Shown piece by piece: positions 10,890 through 21,622 of a stretch of DNA of 64,000 nt. The notes under the pieces were generated by a model. The model was not told the origin of the DNA. It worked only from the letters and a program-made list of their open reading frames with translations, and did not search any database. Position 1 is the stretch's first letter; each line of letters begins with the position of its first letter. The DNA lies in assembly GCA_052426225.1 (NCBI GenBank), contig JBNJNM010000011.1, positions 620,001 to 684,000 on the forward strand, written 5' to 3'. The translations under genes and the position numbers were made by a program. This DNA comes from Zancudomyces culisetae HAW-14-8. Lineage: Eukaryota > Fungi > Kickxellomycota.

Positions 10890-12833
10890 ATGGTAAGTAT
10901 GAATTATAAAAATCTGTGCAAAAAGTGCACTTTGTAGCTAACTGCCACAAATGTAGAAGCGAAGACTTTGTGGATGGGGATGAATTGGAGATGGAGGCGG
11001 GGTGTGAATAGATGAGTAAAGACAAAATAAACAAACATAGGTAATCTTAGCCACAGCAATATGTACAAAAACGGGAAAACGTAAGTTGAAAGTGATGTGT
11101 GATTTAGAGAAATAAAGAATTTGTAGAATCACAGCAATAATGCTAAACATACAAATACACAAATAGCGCTGATATCAAGACAAACGACGGGGATGGCAAG
11201 GGGGTATATAGAGGGCCTATTGAGCTCATTTCCAAAGTTGATGATTGAGGGACAACAACATACAACAGTAGAGACTGAGGCGGTTCGATATGTGTACTTG
11301 CCATTGTTTGATGACATGTATGCAGTGCTGGTGACAACAAGGAACAGTAATATAGTACAAGATATGGATACTTTGCAGTTGGTAACAAGAGTAGTCCCAG
11401 AGATTTGTGACTATGGCACACAAGAAGATGTTTTGGAAAAGGCATTTGAGCTGTTGTCGGCGTTTGATGAGATTGTGGCAATGGGATACAGGGAAAATAT
11501 AGAGTTAGGAAAACTCAAGACGATACTGGAAATGGAAAGTCACGAAGAAAAGATACAGGAGATTATTGACAGAAATAAGGAAAGAGAAGCCAAGAACGAG
11601 CTAAAGAGGAAAGCCAAGCTGTTCGAAATGCAGAGAAAGAGCGGTGCAAGATCAGGAGGGATTGGTGGAACTCCCGGAATTGGGTCGATTGGAATGGGTA
11701 GTAGCGGCATCGGCAGCAGCAGCAGTGGTGGTGGTATTATGGAGATGGACGAGCCAGCTGAAGTGCCAAGGTATGTGGGAATGGATACAAGAACATTGAC
11801 CGGCAAGTCAGAGTATAAACCGTAAGTAAACCTGTTTTTTTGTTTTTTTCTGTTTTTTTTTGGCTTGGAATATTATTTAGACAACAGGAGAAACATGGAG
11901 CTAATCAAGCTGTAATTACATCGCGTAAATAGGAGCGGAACAATTGAGCCAAAGGCAAGAGGGATGCAGTTAGGACGTAAAACAAAGGACGCCATGACTG
12001 CCGAAGTATTAGGAGAAGATGAGGTCGAGGCAACAAGAACACAGATGGAGAAGGTATCAATGGTAAACACAACGACATTACCAAGGGTAGACCGAAAGGG
12101 CATACATGTGTTGGTAGAGGAGAAGATGGCAATGGTGGTAAACAGAGACGGTGGATTGGAAAATATGGAAGTAAAGGGCGATTTGTCAGTTGTAGTTTCG
12201 GAAGATGGCAGCAACCAGGCATCTATTCAAGTAGATATTTCTCGAAGCGAAGCTGCAACGCAATACAAAACACATCCAAACATGGACAAGAACAAATTCC
12301 ACGAGGAAGGTGTTCTCGAACTGAAGAACAAGACCCGCAACTACCCTCTCAACCAACCTGTTGGGTTGCTCAAATGGAGATATGTTGGTCACAGCGAAGA
12401 TAATATTCCACTCAGCATCAATTGCTGGCCATCTCCGACTGGCGATGGCAGCTGTGAAGTCAATATAGAGTTTGAGTTGCTCGCCACTCGTCTGATTTTG
12501 CGTGATGTGGTTATTTCCATCCCTATTCCTCGAGGTGCCCAGCCTGTTGTTGGTGATGTTGATGCTGGCGTATATGAAGTCAACCGGGGAACTGGGTGTT
12601 TGGATTGGCAAATTCCGCTGATTGACAACAATATCAATGGTTCAAAGACTGGAAGCATCGATTTTGTTGTTTCTGGTGAAAACACAAATGCATTTTTCCC
12701 TGTCTCTGCCTCGTTTGTATCTGAAACTCCGTTTTGCGGGATCCAAGTGGTTGGGGCAACCGAAAACAGCGGTCAAGACTCGGATTATTCCCAACAAGTC
12801 GTTTTGTCTACTAGCCAATACTTGGTTGTTTAG
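10890..12833 (+). CDS. RET2: Coatomer subunit delta (4 exons)
   Basis: ATG|gtaagt at 10890; exon VILATAICTKTGK (11041-), then LISRQ..IEGLLSSFPKL..QHTTVETEAVRYVY..NSNIVQD..LEMESHEEKIQEII (longin domain) and a mu-homology domain (YKTHPNMDK, LLKWR, PLSINCWPS). Intron about 11822-11931. Confidence 0.96.
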
Positions 12834-12947
12834 TTTATTTTAGTTTATTTTAGTTTACTTTAATTTGGTTTAACCTCGTCTAGTTTACTTTAGCTTTTTG
12901 GTTTTCTCTATTTATTAATCATTTCACTTTAAACACGATTGAAAACG

Positions 12948-14314
12948 CTAATATAAACCTAATACTAGTAATGCAACCCCAATAACTGTTCTTTGGATAA
13001 ATACTGGGTTTAACACAGGCTCAGCTGGCTTATTGAAGATGGTCAGCTTTTTAGCTAGTAGAGTCAGCATGCTCTCCCGTCTACTCTTACCTCCACTCCC
13101 ATCAGTACCAATACTCACACTTTTACTACCACTGTCATCAAACCTACCCACCGCCGAGCTGCTCGATTTGCTTGGTTCATTGCTTCCCATTTCTCTATTA
13201 TGCTCGTTTTTATCAAGCCCTTCTGCCGCTATAATGAAGCATTTGCATAGTATCAAAAATTCATAAAGAATAAGCAAGTGTTCGCAGTTGGCAGCCTTAC
13301 TGATAGATGATGTGTTGAAATCTGTGGGTTTGTTACTGTTTTCGACTTTGGCTGAAATATTTAGTTGGATATTGCCGCTACTATCACCATCATTAGCCTC
13401 ACTACCATTAACTCTAGAACCATAACTGTCTTTGGTATTGCCATTATCGTCTTCAACGTTTGTCTTGTCATTTGTCTCTGCTAAGTTTACGTTTAAAGGT
13501 ACACTTTCATTCTCATTTGTATTCGTATTAGAATTTGCGTTAGGGATGCTGGTACCACCACATAATAACAAAAGACTCGGAATAACTTTTTCTGGTATTT
13601 TCACCAAAATATCCCGGTTATCTTTAGAATTAGATTTACTACCAGTTGTCAGTTCACTGACCACATACAACAAATTTCTAAGCATCAGTTTAGTGTTCCC
13701 AACCGTCAGATTAAATGTTACTCTTTGACTCGTATCCAAAGTTGTACACATATTCGGATCTTTAGCTTTATACACATCTCTCATATCAGTATTGTCCACA
13801 ATACCGAGCTCACTGCCTTTCGTGTTGTGATACTCCGCAATTACAGATTTGACATACTCATCTGCTCGCTCGTTTAGCAATCTGGTCTTGTATTTTTTGA
13901 TCTGTCCTACTAGATCACTATCAACCATTTCGTAATCTTCTACCACAAACTTCTGATGATGATGATGATGATGATCTTGTTGTGTTGGGTTTTCACGGTG
14001 CCTTGTATCATCCTTTTTAGTGTATTTATCAGAGGAATTCGTTTTACTCCTTTTGCTTTTAAGACTGTCTGTATCACTGCTGCCGCTACTGCTAACACTT
14101 TCACTACCAGTATCGGTATTATCGCCGCTACTAGCACTGCTATCACTATAATCATTGTTATCGTTGCCACTACCACTGCCACTGTTGCTATCACCACCAA
14201 TATTATCATCACTATTACCATCACCATCGCTGCTGCTGCTGCTGCTGCTGCTGCCACTATCGCTACTATTTCCGCTTGTATCACCCCCACCACCATCACT
14301 GCTACTATCACTAT

Positions 14315-14369
<55 letters not shown>

Positions 14370-16478
14370 ACTACTATCGTTGCTCCTATCCGTTTTCCTA
14401 GATTTACTTTTCACATTCTTATGACTGCTTTTATTATTACCGCCATCATTCCATTTTTTATTTATCTTTTGTTGACGCCTTTGAAGAGACTGATGCTTAA
14501 GTATGTTATCAACCATCATTCCTATTCCCATATTTATCTTCGCGTTACGACTTCCAGGTGGATTGGTGGTCTCAGTTAAACCAGTATTTGTGGTCAGTAG
14601 ATCGTGCTTTTCTTTAATCAGAATAGCCATTGCGCTAATGTAATCATCAATATCGTACTTTGATGTATCACCGAGTTTGCTAAAATAGTTCATAATTACT
14701 TTTGAACAGTATTCATAATCTTTAAATGTATAGCTACCATCATTACCCTCAGTATCACTGCCACCATCACCACTACCACCTGCGTTATTGGTATTGCCAT
14801 TGTTTGTGATACTGTTACAATTGGTATGTCGATGTTGAGAATAATGTATACTTTTTGAAAGTAATACGCGCTTATGAAACCTAAGTTTGAGCATGCTCAT
14901 AAAACATATACGTTCATATTTAGTGGCTAGTATCCTTGGCAGTATAAAATACTCTCTGATAATATTGCGGATTATATGTCGTAGTCTGTACCGGCCTTTT
15001 ATTAAATCTCCATTCTCATAGTCACCGTGTCCCTTCTTTCCATCATTTCTGTCGTTACCACTATAATCATATATGTGGGCATACTCGTAACCACCTCTTC
15101 TGTGTTTCACAAGCTTTCTACCCTTATCCTTTTTTCTACTTTTACCTCCTATTTTAAACTTGCCCTTGTCCCTGTTCCTGTCCCTATCCCTGTCCCTGTT
15201 CCTGTCCCTATCCCTGTCCCTTTCCCTGTCCCTATCTCTTTCTCTTTCCCTTCCCCTGTTCTTATCCCTTTTCTTCCCCCTTAATTTATCCTTTATTTTG
15301 CGTTTCTTTTTCAACTTGTTCTTGGCAGTAAATGTACGATTGATTATCCCCATACGGTTTGTTGCATCACCATAGTACCCCTCATCACTCGCTACCTCCT
15401 CATCACTACTATTCATCCTGCTACCCTGTCGCATATAATTGCTGGAATCCCCGGCATCATAGAACCTGTGCCTTCTGGACGTTTTATCTGTTGTAATAGC
15501 ATCGTTATATACCTTGTCGCCATCGACTGCACTATGCTCTTCGTCTGTGCTTGTTTTTATAGCCACTTTGGTTCGCGATCCCAATTCGATTGCTGACTGG
15601 ACGTTTTTTATTATTCTTTTGGTGTTTTCAAACTGTCTTGATACCGAGTTTATACTCACACGTGTTTTGTTGGCTATTGCTGCCAAATACGTTCGCGTTT
15701 TGGATTTTAAACTATATTCCAAAAACTCCAACATTACCGGCTCATCAAACGCATAGTACCTAGTTATAGTTAAAACAAAAATAAGGTTGATGTTTACCCA
15801 TCATTCTATACTACGCCTACGCCTACAACCACCATACCCACCAGTATAAATACGATTATTAGCCTCGTGTTTAATTAATATCAGATATTATTAGCCACTT
15901 GACTAGAAACAAAAGTGCCTAATAAAGAAAATACCTGCTTACATTTCAATCACCCGCTTTTTTACGTCGTCGTGTAGCGGAATAATGTTTTTTTGTTGCA
16001 AAAAATAATAAGGTCTCAGCAACAAAGGTTCAAGCTCCCTAAAAATAGCGAGCTGCGAGCAGATATATCTATAAATAATTTTTTCAAGTTCAATTTCGCT
16101 CATAAATGAACATGGTACTCGACCACTTGTCAATAAATTTGTTAGTTCTATAGCGCTCTTTCCATTTTCTCCATGAAGAATATCATTTTGAGCCGTATCC
16201 TTATCCACCCAATCGTTATCTTTTTGAATATCCGGATGCCACCGTGATGTTGGGTATAGCTTTGACATTCTATCGGAAAACAAAATCTTGTATTGTGAAA
16301 CTAGTTCCAAATATATTTGTGTCTCATTGTAGCCCTTTAAGTATTTGGAATAAATTTCTTGGTCAATAGTCATGCAGTTGGAAAGAAAAATACTGTACTG
16401 ATTATTATTTTGGTAGTGATCGTGGTCGTAGTTGTTTGTTCGGTTTTGAGCTTTTTGCTCATAATTTAATTCTCTCAT
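12948..16478 (-). CDS. FIBP-like protein (acidic FGF intracellular-binding protein family) with large low-complexity insertions (2 exons)
   Basis: Intron about 15942-15760 joins IEM|YYAFDEPVMLEFL..LAAIANKTRVSINSVSRQFENTKRI, resembling the FIBP segment [31 protein letters not shown] as I recall it; the N-terminal IFLSNCMTIDQEIYSKYLKGY and LPRILATKYERICF segments also resemble FIBP. Confidence 0.75.
14227..14375 (-). repeat. (AGC)/(AGT) trinucleotide arrays encoding poly-Ser in the FIBP-like gene
   Basis: Runs of gct/act on the + strand. Confidence 0.9.
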
Positions 16479-16759
16479 TCTCCAGCCTTCAACTTTTAAC
16501 GCTCGGCTCTTGTTTTATTTTATTTTATTATGCTTTTTTTTATTATGCTTTACTTTATCCTGAATAGATCTGTTTGCTGTGTTGTTTACTCTTGCCTCAG
16601 CTATATTAATTGATGGGCTGCTCGTTGAGTTTTGGCAACGTTGGCAATGAAACTTTTTGCATAAAATTAATAATTACACATAGTCAAATCAAAAGTATGA
16701 AGTGCAGGCCAATATTAAAAAAATATTAAAAAAATAAATGGGATTTGAATATTCACCAA

Positions 16760-19700
16760 TTACAAATAAAAATAGTACACTATGGGATAAAAGACCGAAA
16801 ATACAAGTAAAGCAATATCAATAAACACGAAAAGCAACGCTGGAACATAGAAAAAATAGTACTTTAGAATATCAGCATCCCTTAATCGGTCATTTTTTTC
16901 TTTCAGAGTTCCGGAAAAACTGTCATCAGTTGTCTCCATATCTTCATCTTTGGATAACTCCTTGGTTTCACGTGAGAGAGCTGTAGCCGAGCGGGTGGGA
17001 TGTGGATAACGAAGCGAAAAAATGTATTCCACTTTGAATAAAAGCACAGATTCGTTATTATTCCACATATCTCTACAATACTCCATCTTATTGAGCTCAG
17101 TCGATGTGTTTTCTTTGCGGATATTCCGATCAAGTTGAAGTTGTTGCGCTTTATGGTCTCTTTGAGAATGTAAAACAGACATAGATGACTCTTGATAGGC
17201 GGAGTTGAGTTTATCGATGCTCCATGTGTATCGTTTAAACAGTATCCAAGATGTATAAATTCTTCTAGGCGTAAGTGGAGCCAGCAAAACTCGATTGACT
17301 ATCGTTTTGGTGTAGAAAGGAATTAAAAGTAGAATGTTGCCACCATGGTTGTTCCGGATGGAGCTTTGGTGGTGAATGTTATTGTTGTTATATGTGGATG
17401 CATTTAATACATAAGCACATCGGGCAAGGCTATTCACAAGACTTTCCACGTTTTGTTTTTGTTTTTTATTATCAGATGTTTTGTCAGTATTGGGTTGGTC
17501 ATTCAGATCAACGTCTTCAGGGGAATCCTGGTCAACACTTTCTTCCGGGTTTAGCTTACCATCGAGTTCTTTTTCAGCAAAGACATCAGCTAGTTTATTC
17601 CCAGATACCGGCTTTTTGTTTTTAATTCTAGAATCGATAAATGGATCACTTGCAAACATTTCGATATATGAGTCTGAACCTCCATTTAAATGTGTGTGTA
17701 TAGTATTTTTACTTTTGCTCTGTACACCAATCACATCCACGTTATTAACACCATTGGCAGCCAATGAAGATAAGCTTTGAATATCTTCAAATGTAACAGA
17801 TGCCATCAATATTGATGGAACTATCATAATAGCCGCCAGCAGAAAGAGTCCAAGTATTCCAAGAAGGTTGCTAGCACCCACCCCTTTAACATCATCAAGT
17901 GGATCTCTAGGATAAACTTTAGAAGCAGACGAGGATCGCTTGTCACTGATTCTGCTATTACCACTACCTCGATTTGTTTTTGTAACCACATTTCTCAGCC
18001 AACCTAGGTCTGTCTTTCCCAAAAATACAATGAACAAAGTCATATAGCTGAAAACAAATGCCTCGGTGGTCTATTGAAGAAATGATACATTAAACCTCAT
18101 TATCGTCATATAAAAGCAACTAAATGTATGAATAGAGCCTAGTAGATAATAACGGCAACACAGTTTTTTGAAGTTAAAAAGTAGTACTTACACTGTATAC
18201 GACAACATACATAGCCGATAAAAGTAAAAGACCTGGTAAGAAAAGTTTCCAGGTGTTTACCAAACGTCTCTGCACGCTGTTAAATACTTTTTTTCTAGAA
18301 CCATCTCCGCTGGCAATATTCATTCCACTACTACTTGTTTTATCGGCTAGTATGATGGCATTTGAAAACAATTCCTCTAACTCTGTGGTATCTGTTTGGG
18401 GAAAAACGATATTCTGCTTGAATGATGTATTTTCCGCATTGCTGACACCGTCCTTGCCTATGTGCTCGAAATTACCACTAATCTCCGAATTACCCACCTT
18501 TCTGCTCTTATCCCTCTTGTTTATACTACCAAAAGATCCATTGAAAGGATTTATAGTTGACGATTTGGACATGTCTGCCCCAACACCCACAGAACTGCTT
18601 TTGAATAATCTATTGGTAAACCAGCTGCTTTTTTCGCCAATCCTCTTGTTTCCATCACTGAAATCTATCCCAGAATAACTTTCACCATCATTTTCTATAC
18701 CCTTATTATCTGTGTTTTTCCTATTTATAGCAGTATCGTTTGCATGAAAAAGCTGCCCAAGATCAGAATAGTGCGATTGTGTTCTTGGTATTTTACTAGT
18801 TTGACTAAACCCTAGCCCTAACCCTAGCCCTAACCCTAACCCTAATCCTAGCCCAGATCTGGATTTAGATTCAGATTCAGATTCAGGGCTAAAATCTTCT
18901 AAACCAAGCGCGTTGCTTTTTGCATAGCTCGACCTCCGGACAGAGTCTGTTTCTGTATTACTTTTGATGGTACCCATGATCGGTTTCCCCAAGCCATCCA
19001 ACTCCTTTAAAGCCAAAATCGTATCTTGCTCTTCTGGGTTGTTATTATGACTTTTGCCATAAAAATTAAGATCAGCACTGTTTACCCTGCCTTTATTATC
19101 GAGACTGTACCACCTATTAGTTGATGTATCAGCATTCCTGCGTCTATCGGCGCCCTTCTTGCCATTTAGATATCCATTCGATAAAAACATATCATTTCCA
19201 ACGCTTTTATTGTATAAAGTTGGTGAACTCGTCTCTATTCCTTTTGCCTCCATTTTTCTACCAAGTGACAGTGATTTTAGTGACTTGTGTGCATCATTGA
19301 TTTCGTACTTGCTGTTAGTGTATTTCAAATCTCCAAAAGCCTGTATATCTCCCGCTTTGGTGTTTTCCGAACTACGTCCTCTACTGGCATCCTGAATGTC
19401 TAGATCCTCTTCAGTGACCTTTGGTATACTTGGTGTCAAATGTATGGCCTTAGCAGCTGAGAATACAAGCTAGTTTTTTTTGTGTCATATATTGTAACAT
19501 TTGGCTTTACTTGTGTGCACATAAAATATTAATATTGGTCAGAAAAAGTGTTAAAATCTTACAATGAGATCAAAGGATAATATCAATAGCGCTGCCAGCT
19601 TACAAACTACATCGTTGCTAAGCCTTCCAATGCTTGGTAATAGCATAAATATCAGAAGCCTCCAAGATGTTAGCAATACTATCCGTTTCTACAAAAATTT

Positions 19701-21033
19701 AATATGGTATATTTTAGATGCATTCTGTATCAAAAACATGAGTATATAGTTGTAAAAGCCTTCTTACCTTAAACGTATAAGTTCCCTTGGCCTTCCTTGA
19801 TGGATCCATGGCTAGGAATATCCAAAGCATATCCCAATTGATCATTTCCAAATGTATAATCAGTAGTAAAACTACATCTATGAGCCTAACGAAATATTGA
19901 TTTGAAAACAGCACAGAGAAAATCACCGAAAAAAGTGTAATAATGTAGGACAAATCCGGCCAAAAAAAAAGCCACCCTTCAGCACTACTCCAGAATCTAC
20001 TGCCCCTACAACATGAAGCTACATTTGCAATGAGCACTGTATATTCTTTGTACAAAATATTAATCACAAAATTCTCAGCAAGTAGAGGTTTAGCTATGGG
20101 CACTGATTTTTCGGCGTCCAACCTGTAACCAAAATCATTTTCAAATTTGTGTAAGTGTTCACCATCATAAATCATACTCGCATAGGATTCCCAAATCAAA
20201 ATACTAAACCACACAAACAACACTAGCTTTATTATCCATATCGCCAACTGATCTATTCGTTTGAATGTTGGGCGAATTTCGATAGGCATTGCAGGAAACA
20301 GATTTTTTGATATATTTACATACTCGTATCGTCCTAGGACCGAATAATTGAAAAACTCTAGTATTATTTTGTATGTTTGTCCGATTACTCCATTGTTGTA
20401 TAAAAAAGAGCTTTTTTTCCTCACCGAGGTAATTCTATTGTTAGTGTCGCTGTCATTTTTAAAAACAACGTTTGAGCTAATATTCCTGTCATCACTTGTT
20501 CCAGTTTTTGTATCATTTCGTTTGAAAAGTCTATAAAAAATACCCATCCTACTTTTCCCCTGATTTTTACTAAATGTTCCGAAATTGCTATTATTACTCG
20601 TCGCCCTATGTTCGACTAAAGATCTGTTTAACGCATCTTGTAGTTCGTTTGCCTTTACCCAGCTTTGCAGGTCTTGTAATCTGGCTTCCACCTTTTTCTG
20701 ACAAGCTGCGCAAGAAAGCGGGTATTTTTGTTCTAAGTATTCACGATACTGCTGTGACTTGCGCATCAGCTCAGAGTAATTTGGATCGGTTTCTTCTGGC
20801 AGGTAGTTTGCCATCAGTCGCTCGACGATTTGCTGGTGAGTTTGGCATTTGGTGCAGAAAGCCACCGAACAGTCTTCTCCCACTATTTGCATTAGCTTTT
20901 TCTTTTATTTATCCTATTACAAAATTTCTATACCATTAGTTCTATTATACCAAATGAAATTGAATAGAAAAACAATATTATAAAATTCATTTATATCGGA
21001 TTGCTTACTTATGTTATCGATGTAGCTTTCCAA
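16760..21033 (-). CDS. Ima1/Samp1(TMEM201)-like inner nuclear membrane protein; multi-exon, 5' end unresolved
   Basis: FCTKCQTHQQ..MANYLPEETDPNY..YREYLEQKYPLSCAACQKKV matches the second half of the Ima1_N motif. ORFs 19714-20892, an unlisted exon at about 19564-19689, 18174-19439 and 16760-18043 join in frame through GT-AG introns; several TM segments. Confidence 0.75.
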
Positions 21034-21622
21034 CTGAAATGCAAATTTTCACTACTCATTTAACTTGGTAATTTCGATTTATTTTTTTACTTTTAATGGC
21101 GACTAAAAATATACATTCACAATGTAGATGCCGATTTTAATCATTAGATATATCTACTTGTTTTCTAATTATTGGCATTACCTCCCCCTTATGGATTGAA
21201 TAGAGGATAATTTACTTCTCAATTACCATTGATTACTCGTAAAATATTTTTCATCAGTTTTTTTTTTGCCATAAATTTAATGAAGTGCTTGCTTAATTAA
21301 CAGAAAAGCTAACAGTTGAAAAGCTTAATTTATTTTTTTAGGATTAAATCAATGTAAACTAAACAACACCAGACACCAAAAAAAAAACCACTAAACAATA
21401 CCCATGTAACTAAGCTACTCTTTCTCCCCACCTCTATCCCTCTGACGATTCTATATCTACGAGCGATTGATTTAAAGTTTTTATAAGTAGTATATTTTCT
21501 TTTGATTCATTGTTTAGTAGCTATTAAAAAAATACATAGAAAGGAGATATCAGAATAGATTCTAGAAAAGCAGTTGATGTTGGCTCAACAATTATATCTG
21601 CTTGTATGCCAAAATTATGAGA

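Noticed and set aside
13940-14579. Poly-Ala/Thr/Leu ORFs
   Set aside because: Shadows of the trinucleotide arrays in the FIBP-like gene.
18809-18855. CCCTAA/CCCTAG telomere-like repeats
   Set aside because: Short, degenerate and in frame inside the Ima1-like CDS encoding (Gly-Leu)n; no sign of a chromosome end or fusion.
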